Origin: Psilocybe cubensis
Lineage: Eukaryota
DNA: 64,000 nt
Direction of reading: 5' to 3'
Assembly (NCBI GenBank): GCA_017499595.2
Contig: CM038999.1
Coordinates: forward strand, 3,968,001 to 4,032,000
Shown here: positions 50,678 through 64,000 of the stretch, piece after piece
How the letters are laid out: each line of letters starts with the position of its first letter
Numbering within the stretch: position 1 is the first letter of the stretch
Notes under the pieces: model-generated
Told to the model about the DNA's origin: nothing
Databases searched by the model: none
What the model saw: only the letters and a program-made list of their open reading frames with translations
Position numbers and translations under genes: made by a program

Positions 50678-51034
50678 CCCACCTTTGATTTATAATTCTT
50701 CGTCTGAAGCAAAAGTCAAGAAAATAATTGCGCAAGTATCCTCTCCCACGGTAGTTACAACGATAACTGACACATAAATTAACTAGCCAGTCCATTTCAA
50801 CGGATACAGGACACTTTCAGAGTTTTATTTGGAGCGCCGCTGATTGTGAAATAAGTATAGAGTATAAAGAGACTTTTAGAGTTTGAAATGGTTTGAAGGG
50901 ATTAATGATGTCAAGTCAAAAACATGCGAAATGAATGTGTCTGACGACTAGCGGCTGAAACGCTGACCGTGGGAATTTCATCAATTTTTGCCTCGCTGCT
51001 GTTGTCGTCGTCCTCCCTTTTGCCGACAACAACA

Positions 51035-52362
51035 ATGCCATCCCAAACTTTCGATAATCGACGTCTTGTCGGAATTCATGCTGAGCGTGTTACTAATGTA
51101 TCCAACAACGAATTCCCAGGGCACTATCCCGGCGAAGATCATTCGTGGAATCTTGAAAAATTCAAAAAGGTACGCCAGTATTTGTCTCGTATCAAGTATT
51201 TTCACCGAATAAACTGCTTTTGCAAGGGCAGAACTTGACAGTCACAGTACAAAGACTGTCTCAACACTCCATAGACTTTGATATTGTGGGCGTTGACGCG
51301 TCGATAGCAAATGCATTTCGAAGGATCATGATGGCAGAGGTGCGTGGATGATGTTTCTCTGCAGAAAGTTTTCCAAACGTTTTCTAGGTCCCAACGGTAG
51401 CCATCGAGCAGGTATTTGTGTGGAACAACAACTCAGTCATTGTAGACGAGATTCTTGCCCATCGACTAGGTCTCGTCCCACTAAATGTGGATCCGTCGTT
51501 GATGAAGATGAGAGGTCCGTACATCCTTGTCTATCCGCGTCAAATAGTTAACATCTACCTCAGAACCCGATACAACTCCAACGGACCAGAACACGCTTGT
51601 TTTCAATGTTGATATCACCTGCGAACGCAATCCAAAAGCTCCAAAAGGCACCCTCAACCCGCACGAACTCTATATCAATTCCGAATTCCTTTCCTCGCAT
51701 ATCACCTGGACTCCAGCAGGAGACCAAGAAGAAACTTTTGCTGCGAAACGACCAGCCCCGATCAACCCCAACATAGTGCTTGCCAAATTGAGACCGGGGC
51801 AGCAAATCAACATGGAGCTTCATGCGGTGAAGGGCGTCGGGAAGGATCATGCCAAGTTCAGTCCCGTTGGTACGTCGTTTTTGCACAATATCTACCCTTT
51901 ATCTAACCGCCCGTTTAGCCACCGCGTCGTACCGTTTGCTTCCTCATATCAAAATCACAAAACCGATACCACCCAGCAAGGCGGAGAAGTTCCAGAAATG
52001 CTTCTCGCCCGGTGTGATCAAAATCGATCCTCGAACGAAAGAGGTCAGCGTAGACGAGAAGAACGTGCGGAACGATAGCGTCAGCCGAGAAGTTCTGCGG
52101 CATCCTGAGTTCGCTGATTCGGTCGAGCTGAGCAGAGTCAGAGACTTTTTCCTCTGTACGTGTGTTCTCCTTTCAAACATCCCACATTTCTAATTTCCCC
52201 GCAGTCAATGTCGAATCAGAGGGACCGTATGCACCAGAACGCATATTGCCCGAGGCGATCAAAGTGATGCGAGAAAAATTGGCCGTTATTCGGCAAGCTG
52301 CTCTGGCGCTACGGGAAAAGACCACAACTGTTGATACCGATGTCGTTATGGCGGATTCATGA
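51035..52362 (+). CDS. RPC40: DNA-directed RNA polymerases I and III shared subunit AC40
   Basis: [104 protein letters not shown]. Confidence 0.96.
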
Positions 52363-53557
52363 TTTATGCACCATATTCTGACTGTTTTATTTCCTGCTGT
52401 GTATAGAGTCATTTTTCCTTTGGTTAAGTTGGTGTTCACGTTGTAAATTCGGGTTCTTGCAGCAGCGTTAGGCTGCCGAGATATCAATGAGGGTGCAGGG
52501 ATGCGCGAGGGTTGTGATTAATTGCTCAATTGTGGCAATAGGATGCTTTGAAATTTATGACTACTCCCAGCAACAGTCAAAGGCTCCAAGTTAGCTAACG
52601 TGGTGGGGCACTTCCGTTCGATGCTACCTGTTTCAAATCTCTGGCTAAAGATGGGGTTGATCGAATCGTCCGGGTATGCTTCAGTATTTCGATGGTATTA
52701 ACGACCTTCATTTTTCCATGCAAAGGCCTTATGTGTTGAATGGTACCCAAGACCTGGCGTCTCCTGACTGTGACAAAAGGGTGCGTTCTTCCGTCGTGGC
52801 CAGTTATCCAACGTAAATTCATAGCTGACGGTGTACAGAAATAGCACACCGTCCAGCCGAACGTAGCCGGGTTAAGGCATGGTACCACGGACCTTACCCT
52901 CAGCCATAAATGTGGAAAAGAACTTCTTCGATTTACGTGTGGATGCTCTGAAATCCGACAATCATTACCAGAACTGTTGTGCCCGCGCTACCATGCGTAC
53001 ACTTGGCAAAGTGTCGGTGAGAAATTATATCTTCAACAAGTAGCCTCTAGCTGACCGTTTCCTTCTAGATCATGCACTGTCCACCCGTTCCCGTGGGATG
53101 TCCTTTGCATGTTGGACATGGATTTTGACGTGTCGGATATTAGTTGATGAATACTCATGGAATATCATTCAGAGCACTTGCAAAGCGGTACGAGGTTGAA
53201 ACGAGGTACAGTGTCAAGGTGAGTTACTGTGCGGCGTACGACATACTACAATTCAAAGTTCACTCAGACCCGACGGGGTAGTTGGAAATTGGAATTATGA
53301 CTTTCCCGGGGGTTTGCGCCCGTTTCGCGGGATGGGAAGATGCTATAAATTCATGGGTAGAGGATGCTCCCTGCTTTAGGAAATAGCTAATCCGAGCAGC
53401 ATTTTGGTTGCCGACGGTCTCGGTAGGAACGCTTTATAGCAAGATATTTTTAACATAGGAAGCCTTTCAAATTACTCAAGTTATAACGGCTTGAGTTAAA
53501 ACCCCCGGAGATAACAAAAAAAATTTCAAGACTCTCCTATCCCGTATTGCTTTATGT

Positions 53558-55992
53558 ATGTCACTAACCACTACTCCTTCTCACATGGGCTCTCATTTCG
53601 CTTTGGGGTCTACTCCACCACGCTCCACAGAAGGTTTTTCTGTCTATTCAGAAATACAAAATGACCACAAACAACAGCATTCTGCTTCGTTGACCGACCA
53701 GACGAACCTCCTTCCGTTTAAAAAGGCTATTGTATGCTTCATCGGTCTTGCTCTGTGCATCTTAGTCTCGACATTGGACTCTATCATCATTGCTACCGGT
53801 ATTCCCACCATCTCGGCGGCGTTTGACGCTGGCGCCGTTGCCTCATGGGTCCCCACTGCGTACCTGCTCACGTCCACAAGCTTTCAACTATTGTACGGCC
53901 GCTTGAGCGACATTTTTGGTCGGAAGGCAGCTATTTCCGTGGCTATGCTCGTCTTCATGGTCGGAAACCTGCTCGCTGGGTTCTCGAGGACCATCAAGGA
54001 ACTGATTATATCTCGTGGTATAGCAGGTGCTGGAGGAGGTATGTTTAGGCTTGATAAAATTTGCAGTATATGCTTAAGATATCTGCCAGGAGGAATAATC
54101 AGTATGGCACAAATTGTTATTTCTGACATTGTAAGCCTGCGGGATAGGTACGCCGTGTCAACAAATACATTTTCATTCTCTACTTATGCTGGACAACGTT
54201 TAGGGGAAAATATCAAGGAATTATAGGTATCGTCATTGCTCTGGGGTACACTGTTGGGCCTCTAATTGGGGGTTCTTTGGCACAGAACATTAGTTGGAGA
54301 GTAAGTTTTGTCGCAATTTAACTAGGACCTCATTCATTCATTGACGATATTTGCAGTGGTGTTTTTGGATTTGTATCCCGGTAGCTGGCTGTGCAACGTC
54401 AGTTGTCGTGTTTATATTACCGTTAAAGCCTGTTAAGGGGAGCATGACGAGGTAGTCTTTGCACCGATTACTTTGAAAACTGCTAACAATACATCAGAAA
54501 ACTTCTTGTGGTCGACTTTTTTGGTGCTGTTCTTACATTGGTCGGATGCACCCTCGTGATATTACCGCTCATATGGGTAAGGCTCACAGCAGACTATGTC
54601 ATTTTCATTCTATATTCATGCTAATGGAATAGGGAGGTGTGACCTTTCCTTGGGGATCTGCATTTGTTCTATCCCCTTTACTGTCAGGTTGTTTAGTAAT
54701 TGTGTTGTTTTGCATCTGGGAATGGAAAGGACCACGGTTGCCCATTGTACCCAGTAAGTAAATCAACGGCATACCCCCTATAATTACGTTAAATGAAGAT
54801 AGTGTACATCTTTAAGTATGCTACACTGACGGGTGTATATATTACCATGTTCATCAAGTACGCCTGCACAGAGTTTCACAGGATAATGCCTCCGCTTTCT
54901 AATCCATGGTGTCTAAATTATAGTGGATTCGTTTTCTTCTCTTCCTTGTCATACCTGCCGCAGTACTTCCAAGTCGCCTTGGGGTACGATCCAATCGGTG
55001 CTGGAATACTTTTGATCCCGCTCCTTGTCAGCCAAATGGCTGTTAGTTGGATCTCTGTATGTATACAATCTTCAATGGGTTAGATGACCTTAGATGCTAA
55101 TGTACAAATATACAGGGAATCATTGTCAGCCATACTGGCCGTTATCGAGTACGCATGACAGCAATACTGTAGTTATCTCTTCTTGATCTGCTCATCCCAG
55201 AATATCATTCACTCTGGATTTATTGTCTGGTCTATTGCCTGCGGCCTGACATCGACTTTTAACCGCCATTCACAGAAAGCCGAGATAATTATCTTTATGC
55301 TTCTCGCAGGAAGTGGAGTTGGTCAAGTGGGTTTCTATAATTGAGATTTGGCAGTCACTAATTTCAACGCCTGTAGACTTTGCAAACTACCGTAGTTGCC
55401 GCTCAGGCCAGTGTTTCTCGGAGTGACATGGCAGTGGTAACGGCCTTTCGTAATGTTAGTCGGCCTGATAAAATCCAGCGACTCCCAGTGACGCTCATCC
55501 GATTTTATCCTCCTTAGTTTGTTCGTCTGTTAGGAGGAACACTATCCCTTCCTGTAGGAGCGACTATTCTGTGAGTATCGCCTTGCACAAACCTTGCCGC
55601 CAGCTTTTCCTTGAAAACTAAATGCTCTAATAACATATAGAAACAACTCGCTACGATCAGCAATGTCCTCACTCGGTTACTCCAGTGAACTGATCATCGA
55701 AATTATTGATAAGCCTGCGTTACTTTCCTCCCCGACCACACTTGGGATATCTCCTTCTGATGCAACCTTTCTCCTGGATGTGGGATACACGAGAGGATTT
55801 CGCAGAGTATTCATTTTTAACGCAGCTTTGACGGCATTAGCGACCCTGGCCAGCGTAATTCTGATCAAGCACAAAGAGTTAAATAGGGGGGACGAGAATG
55901 AACTGGGACATACAAGTGCTCTATTCGTGAGCAAGAACGAGGTCAACCCCAGAGTGACTTTCGAGTTGGCCAAAGGCAAAGCTGCAATATAG
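53558..55992 (+). CDS. MFS drug:H+ antiporter (14-TM DHA2 type), copy 1
   Basis: STLDSIIIATGIPTI, WVPTAYLLTSTSFQLLYGRLSDIFGRK, SDIVSLRDRGKYQG, YLPQYFQV. Confidence 0.92.
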
Positions 55993-57674
55993 GAACCTAA
56001 CACAGAAATAAATTTTATTTTTATAACGTTTCTGAGGAGCGCCGGGGCAGCATGAATCCATCTTAGGGTAGTTGAGACTGCTTAACTTCTTACCTTCCGA
56101 ACAGACATGTCCCGAGAAAATCTGAGTCACTGGGGAGACGCGATGCGTCGTTACTATAAGTACATCTCGGCTTGATCACGGCTATCGTTCGAATTTTGAT
56201 CTCCGTTTCGAACGGAGTCGGAAGTGACTATCACGTGGCCTAATCAACCGACGCGTTTGTGTGAATCGTTTCCTTGAACCCCATGTTCTACACATTGCCC
56301 ACCCAAGTTACGTATATCATGACTGACATCCCAATTCAGATGGATGAAACATATGAGCTCTCTATTCTCGTCAGCAAATTAGCGATATTGTAATGCAAGT
56401 TTGCACCAACATCCCGAAGAAGCCTTGTCAAGAGGTCTGTCGAAATTGGTGCACCTAAGTTTGTCACACATCATTCCTAACCGTCGCACATTGATTTTGA
56501 ATGCACAGAGTCTCACAGACACAATATTTTCTTGACCCGAAACGGTGGCTGGCCATAGTCATCGAAGAAAAGGGAAGTTCGGGCGAAAGTTTGTCCTATT
56601 GATTCAGATACGAGATGTCGCGTGGTGCCCGATCCCGCAGCCTATTGTTGAATTTACCATCATTTCAATGGAAAGTTCCACCAGCTCTATCAGGTATCCA
56701 CGAAGTTTCGTCAGGTCTTACCAGGACTGTTGCGCGCAGGCATATGGTGTACTTGGCGAGCTGCGGTAAGAATTTATATATTTTACAAGTAGCCGTTAGC
56801 TGAAAAATTTCCAATAGATTAAACATTTCTACCCAATCTCGTGGGACATTCTTGGCAAGGTGGTTGGCAAGTCGGACATGGATTTTATCGTGCCCGGCAT
56901 TAGCTGATAAATGTCCATGAATGCATTTCAGTACATGAAGCTACTTCGATGAGGGTGCAACCCTAAGCAACGACAAGACCAGTTCCTTGATATGGATTTA
57001 TAGGCGGTTGAAGCTTTGGTTCTCTTGTCGGTCATCAAACATATTCGTACGTCTGCAAAGAAATCTACTACCTGTAATAACTTTACTATGCCAATAATTG
57101 CCAGATCTTCTCACTCGTATTACATCAACACCCATTCGATGCGATATGGCCTCTGAGCGCCACGCGGCTTTGACGTGTGCCAATGTCTGTAAGACCGAGA
57201 CTGCAAGTTTCCAGGCTATTATTTTAAACAACAATTATAGATCTATTTATACGTTCGCATGCTGTCTTACAACTGTTATAAGCTTACGTGTTTCATAGGA
57301 TACCATTTCAGCGGAGGACACCAGTTCATTTATTCACAGGAGACCTGATGTGTGTGCTCGTTCGTAACCCCAGAACAGCATGATCGGAACTAATATACGA
57401 GGAAGCCTTGACCATCGTGTTTGCTCCAGGACTTCCTTCACATACATTGCGAGCTTCATTGCGTGTAATAAAATTTCTGGAATCGCGCGAGCAGTTGGTC
57501 AAAACTTTACTGAGCGAGATATTGATAGAAGCCGACGGTTCCGGTGCAAAAACCTCTTATCGTGATACATATTTTTAACAACGGCAGGCATCTAGAAGAC
57601 TACTTATATTTGGACTTATAAAACCCGGTCAATTCTAAGGAATTTCCCCCAAAACGCCCCCTTCTGTGTGGTAT

Positions 57675-60172
57675 ATGTCGCTAACTACTGCTCCTGAAGA
57701 ACTGGGCTTGCAACATGCTCCAGAGTCCACAGCTCAGCACAACACAGAAATTATCTCTTCTTGCTCAGACACACAAAACTACCGTGACCAACAACACACA
57801 ACTTCATTGACCGACCAGACGAACCTCCTTCCCTTTAAAAAGATTATCGTATGCTTCCTTGGTCTAGCTCTCTGCATTGTAGTCTCGACACTGGACTCAG
57901 TCATAGTTGCCACCGCTATACCCACGATATCTGCTGCATTCGACGCTGGCTCCATCGTCTCATGGGTCCCTTCCGCATACCTGCTGACATCCACAAGCTT
58001 CCAACCCTTGTACGGCCGTCTGAGCGACATTTTTGGGCGAAAAGCAGCGATCTCCGTAGCTATGCTCGTGTTCATGCTTGGAAATCTTCTTGCTGGATTC
58101 TCGCGGACTATTATACAACTGATCGTGTTTCGCGGGATAGCAGGTGCTGGAGGAGGTGCGTTCAGCTCTGCTGCGATATTGACTGAATACTGATAATTGC
58201 GTTCTAGGTGGAATCATTAGCATGGCACAAATTGTTATTTCTGATATTGTAAGCCTGCGGGATAGGTATGTAGCGGAGACGTTCCGACCTCCCGTGCTAA
58301 TTATACGAGAAACGTTTTTAGGGGCAAGTACCAAGGAATCATAGGTGTCGTCATTGCCCTAGGCTACGCCGTTGGACCTCTAATCGGAGGTTCTTTGGCA
58401 CAAAACGTTAGTTGGAGGGTACGTTCGTCAAGCCTTGATGTGAACGTGGATCTTAGTTAATAATTATTCAGTGGTGCTTTTGGATTTGTATCCCCGTTTC
58501 TGGGTGCGCGATGGCGGTTGTCATATTTATATTACCTTTAAAACCAGTTAAAGGGAATATGACGGGGTGAGTTTTATACCAATCACTTTTACACGAGCTA
58601 TAGTGCTTTGCTACGTTCCTCTAGAAAGCTTCTTTCAGTGGACTTTTTCGGTGCTGTTCTAACTTTGGTCGGGTGCACTCTCGTGATTTTGCCCCTTATT
58701 TGGGTAGAATGTTTTGCTAACCGTTTTGTGTTTATGTATTACTCACGCTAATATGTCAGGGTGGTGTAACCTTTCCTTGGGGATCTGCAGTTGTTCTTGC
58801 TCCCTTGCTTTCTGGGTGTTTGGTGGTTGTATTATTTTGCATCTGGGAATGGAAGGGAGCGCGGCTACCCATTGTTCCCAGTGAGTATTAACATATCAGA
58901 GGGCAAAATATATGCTCACGTAAAAGTCAGTGTATATCTTTAAGCATGCTACTGTTACGGGAGTATACATTACTATGTTCGTGAAGTATGTCTATCACCC
59001 TATTTTGCAGGTTTACTCTTTGACTCTCTGACCCTTTGTTAACTTGTAGTGGATTTGTTTTCTTCTCTTCGCTATATTACCTGCCTCAGTACTTCCAAGT
59101 TGTTTTGGGGTACGACCCGGTTGGCGCAGGAGTTTTCCTAATCCCAGTACTCGTTAGCCAAATGGTTCTTAGCTGGATTGCCGTATGTATACCATTCGCA
59201 ACCCTAGTTTTACGAGATTGTTCTTCGCTGACCTATACGTGTCAAGGGGGTCATTGTAAGCCGCACAGGCCGCTATAGAGTAAGTAGGCAAATAATGTAT
59301 GCAAGCTTATTTTTAAAGTCCCTTTGTCTTAGTCTATTATTCACTCTGGCTTTGCCATCTGGTCCATTTCCTGTGGCTTGACATCGACCCTAACACCTCA
59401 TTCACATAAAGCTGAGATTGTGATCTTCATGCTTCTTGCAGGAAGTGGCGCTGGTCAGGTGTGTTATCAGTATTACAAAGTAGTGACCATGGGGCTAACC
59501 TTCTTCTCTCCTATATTCGTACCATTTGAAGACATTGCAAACTACAACCGTTGCTGCTCAAGCTAGTGTGTCTCGACGCGACATGTCTGTGGTGACAGCT
59601 TTTCGCAACGTCAGTCAACCTAGAAACAAGTTGGTATCACAATGTTGACTTCAGTTTTGCATACTCTTAGTTTATTCGTCTGTTGGGAGGAACTCTGGCT
59701 CTTGCCTTGGGATCGACTATTTTGTAAGTGGCGAATGGGTCACCTGGCCTGATCTTTACGAGCTAAAATTTAAACGTTGATTTCTCGAATTTAATTTAGG
59801 AACAATTCCCTGCGTTCAGCAATGTCTTCACTTGAGTACCCCAGCGTGCTCACATCCAGAATCGTCGACAACCCTGCCTTACTTTCTACACCTACTGCAC
59901 TTGACATATCGGCCTCTGATGCAAGCTTCATCCTGAATGCGGGATACACAAAGGGATTTCGCACAGTTTTCATCCTAAACGCGGCGTTGACGGCTGTAGC
60001 AACGATTGCCAGTATAACTCTAATTAAGCATAAGGATTTGAACAGGGGAGACGAGAACAATTTAAAGGCTGCGACATCGGAAGTAAACAAAGGCGAGGAT
60101 GAGATGAAGATGTACCCAAAAGTGACTTCCAACCTGGCAAAAGTCGGCATGGCGGGAGATAAGGAGGTATAA
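57675..60172 (+). CDS. MFS drug:H+ antiporter (14-TM DHA2 type), copy 2 (tandem paralogue)
   Basis: Same motifs and intron positions as copy 1; FQPLYGRLSDIFGRK. Confidence 0.92.
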
Positions 60173-60469
60173 GGCTATAGACACTGTGCGACCATTTCTT
60201 ACACCAATAGATAGTAGTAAGTACTAGATGATACAGAAGAACGTGTATGCTATATCAAAATGGAGACAATTCTGGAATCTGGATGTACCTACGTCTTTTT
60301 ACAATTTCTGACAAAAAAAATTGATTGGAGAACTTACTTGGCATTGATGTCATTCATCAAATATCAATGCAATGCGCTCCAGGCGCTGCTGAAAGAGAAT
60401 TAAATTCGAGTAACTACAAGCATTAGATCGTAGAGCGTTAAGCCGCGGGCCTATTGAGTGTCAATTGAT

Positions 60470-60563
60470 GATAGTAGAAAATGTCAGTATAGTCGATAGT
60501 AGCAAATGTCCGTATAGTCGATAGTAGCAAATGTCCGTATAGTAGAAAATGTCCGTATAGTCC
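60470..60563. repeat. About 25-bp minisatellite, 3-4 copies, downstream of the laccase stop
   Basis: Units of GATAGTAGCAAATGTCCGTATAGTC with partial variants. Confidence 0.85.
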
Positions 60564-60637
60564 GAGGAGTCCGAGTCTGATACATATTGCGCCCACCCTC
60601 CGCGCATCTCTCAACCGAAAAGAAAATAAAAAAGATA

Positions 60638-63096
60638 TCAAGCTGGTCCCTGTTCAAGTCCTCGGAGGCCACTGGAGCTATGCTTGAAATGACGATGCGC
60701 ATGATGGAAATGATTTACACCACTCCTCGGGACGAGCTGGACTTCGGTATCTGCTGCCGAAAGCGCGTCATATATCGGACAGAGCTCATTCCAGGCAGCT
60801 AGAAAGGGTATGTGAGCGCATGCATTTCTGATGAGTACCATGAGTACTGGGCATACCTGGAGGGTTCGTGGGAGCCGGAGGAGTTGGTGGTTTCCAGAGA
60901 TTGTAGAAGCTATTAAATAAGTTCCACTTTGGCGCTGGCGCTGGCGCTGGTGTTGGCTTTGATTTTAGACTATCCGGGTCCTCTGCAAAAACCACTGCTA
61001 AACCACTGTAAAATTATTGAGAAAATGATAAGAGGACACCACATAGTTTACTTACTTGACATAGTGGAAATCGATGTGACTGATCGATCGTTGTAAGTGA
61101 TCAAAATCAGAACTTGTTTAGCCATGGAAAAAGACTAGGTCGCACCAATGCATTATCCATGGACCGGGATTGTCTGTCACGAAGCGGATGGTGACATTGC
61201 TGCCAATATCCCCGGCACTAACGACATCTCTTCGAAGAGGGTTGAGATAGTTGGGTTTAGTCTCTCCTGCACTCTTAACCACGCTGAATGGATGCTATAA
61301 AACGGGTTAGCCCACGACTAGCTTTGAGAAAATTCAGAAACGTACTCCGTGAAGATGGAAGGGGTGCTGAGAATGGTCAATACCGAAGCAACAACGAAAC
61401 GCAGCACACGCACCGGTCCCCCAACAACGCCTGCTGGCATCGTCAATTCTATGACCTTATTTCGCGGAAGAACGAAAAGCGGCCCATCAGGGAGCAGTTC
61501 TTGTGCTGTTTTGGCACCGCTCATCAGTTGCAAGAGCAAAGGAACGGAGGGTTCATGGAAGTTTTTGCCGTTGATCGTAAAGCCTTGAGAGTTCATGGAC
61601 ATGTCGAGGTTGATGTTAACGTCGGCCCCTCCTGGGTAAGGCTTTCCGGGAGCACGAGGATCAAGAAGTAGCGGCCGAAGTTTGGCTTCCGACAGAAGGT
61701 TGACTTTCTTCTGCTGTGTCGTCTTCGGATCGACAGCACGGGCTCCCTTGTATCTTAGGATAGCGGAGTTAATACCACCTTTGAATCCCTTCGCGAGCTC
61801 CATCTCTGGAGTAATGGCGTTCGGAAGGGCGCGTATCCAGTAGTTGTCGACATTTTGGTTAGCATGGAGAACGAATGAATATCGCTGCCCTAATATATCG
61901 TTCAGACATATAAACTCTACGGTGACATGTAACTTCCTACCTGCAAAGATCTGGATGGCATTCACAGTCATCGGAACCGTATTCTCTCCATCGGCCTCTA
62001 TAACAGTCATGTCATGACCATCTATCGAGAACATATAATTGGGATCACAAGACATGGACACCAGACGGAAGCGGTATCGGCGTCCCCTCTGAACATTGAT
62101 GATTGCGAGAGGTGCTGCTGGCCCCCCAGGATATCTCCCCAATCCATTGATCAACGTTGAGTCGGCGATGGGGATGCCTCCTAACGATGGTCCCACAGTA
62201 TGGTACCTTAAAACTCTGAGTTATTTTACAACGTTATTCAAATAAAACAATGAAACACACCAGTCGGCCAGTGTGATGACGGTCGATTCTTGACATTCGC
62301 GTTATTTTACGTTGACCACGAATAAAAATTTTACTAACCGTCGTCCACTAAAAGCAACGTTAATTCAGGATAATTACCATAAAACGGGATCTAACTACGT
62401 ACCGTCATACAACAACCTATGTGGATCTTGTGGATCATAAATGACAATGGGTCCACGAAGTCCGTCGCAGTACTGTGTTCCTAGCACCAAAGGAATTTAC
62501 AGCGGCGTTCAAGACGGACATAGTAATCGTTTCTTACCGAAATGGGAGTGATACCAGTGCGTCCCGGCCTTGTCCTTATTCGTAAATTCATATTGAAAAG
62601 ATCTTCCAGGCGAGATGGGACACTGCGTGATTCCTACTGGTCCATCTGCCCAAGCAGATTGATGTTGGAGCATCCCGTGCCAGTGCTATACGGCCGTGTC
62701 AAACTATGCAAGACACACAAAATAATTTGCACGAACTATACTGGTACTTCTCAGCATGGTTTTATCGGTAAGATCATTGACGACATTCAAGCGAAATGTT
62801 TCCCCCTATCGAGCAGTTGAGATACTTCGTAAGAAAACGGCAAAGCTCTTACCTTTTTAGCAGTGATTAGGGGGCCAGGGTGAGAACCTTGGACAACAGT
62901 GGATCTAATGATGATCAGCACGAACCAAACAAGGAAAGAGAGCATAGACGACGCACGAGCGCTTGAAGCCATCAGGATTAACCACCTTATTCGAGACTTT
63001 GAGAGTCGCCCGAGGTCCAACGGCGGCAAGTGTCGGATGGCACACAAAGGTCAACACAACCGTAAGGGCCGCGTATACGGAGAGGGATATCCTCAT
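60638..63096 (-). CDS. Laccase (AA1 multicopper oxidase)
   Basis: Signal peptide [24 protein letters not shown]; copper signatures HWHG, WYHSH, HPFHLHG and [20 protein letters not shown] recovered across introns. Confidence 0.95.
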
Positions 63097-64000
63097 ACCA
63101 ATAGTAATGACAGTGGGGTAGAAATGAACGTGGAAGGCGTAAACGCCTGTTGGATGATGGGGGTTTCAATGTAGAACATTTTCAGACGAGCCCATTGTTA
63201 TATGCTGGATGTTGTGAGTCTCGAGCACTCCCCGAGGGACGGTACCTACCAGTTATACCAAGAATTTGATTGGGATTTGAGTTGCACCGTGCAGGAGCGT
63301 GCAGGCGACGGATTTGCAATCAGAGTCTGATTAAATCAAATTGGAAGCACCACGTGGATGGTTTGAGCAACAAGTTTGGCCGGGTCCTGGCAAGGTATCG
63401 AAGGGTTTTCCTGATGTATTTGATTGTGGACTGTACTCTCGATGTAAGAGAACCACATCTTGAACATGGGTTTGAACATGAATGAGAATAGGTGCAAGCG
63501 TAGTGACGTTGCTTCACAGCTGTAAAGACGACTCGGCAAAGGTCGGCCCTCTTATGTTCCGTCGGGGCGGCTGTTTGCGAAGATTACAAATTATTATTGT
63601 GCCTGAAATGCTCTGAAATGACGTCCGGTTTCAAATAATCTTTCAAGATCTCACCCATTACATGTTCACAAACTTCAAGCATACAGCGTACTTCCTGGCA
63701 ATAAACATTCTCATTGTTATTTACTACAAGACATACAAGTCTCAGGAGCCATTGAATTTTGCCTACATTCAACGTTACGGAGACAGGTTGGCAATGTCAT
63801 CAAACGCATCAGCGAGTCAATGGCTCCGAAATCGCTTCACCTCGCTATACGAGGCCGCACCACCCCCAGAAGAAGCAGATTTTAAAGCCCTTTTTGTTTC
63901 CATTTTCTCGGAAGATGCTCAAGTTTGGTTCAATCACGAACAGATATCGGTGGATGCATTTCAGGAGAAAATCACATCAGCCAACTATGCGGCCAAGGAG

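Noticed and set aside
60470-60563. CRISPR-like appearance of short repeats
   Set aside because: Head-to-tail units with no spacers, in a eukaryotic context.
33988-63096. MFS transporters and laccase as members of the UstYa cluster
   Set aside because: More than 25 kb away and separated by unrelated and housekeeping genes.
63270-64000. Short ORFs at the window end
   Set aside because: No recognisable homology; cannot be resolved within the window.

Overview
Intron-rich fungal DNA; short GT-AG introns and the gene families present point to an agaricomycete (mushroom-forming basidiomycete). Gene models were hand-spliced, so boundaries are approximate and family names come from motif recognition, not database searches. 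Left to right: (1) a multi-pass membrane gene and a compact co-oriented candidate RiPP-type cluster at 1.96-8.70 kb, made of two UstYa/DUF3328 oxidase genes bracketing a But2-C-like gene, a spliced 56-aa secreted peptide gene and a GNAT acetyltransferase (the last two are absent from the ORF track); (2) a microsatellite-saturated domain (about 10-31 kb) in which a ~1731-aa low-complexity gene is split by a complete 7646-bp Plavaka-type DNA transposon (28-bp imperfect TIRs, 2-bp AG target duplication, transposase plus a second gene), followed by a divergent probable paralogue of the host gene; (3) more ordinary genes: a Dal5-type MFS transporter, a DUF6534-like membrane protein with microexons, an NLR-like NACHT-TPR gene, a DUF6697-like gene with an in-frame stop, a DUF6593-like gene, RPC40, tandem DHA2-type MFS transporters and a laccase with a His-rich tail.
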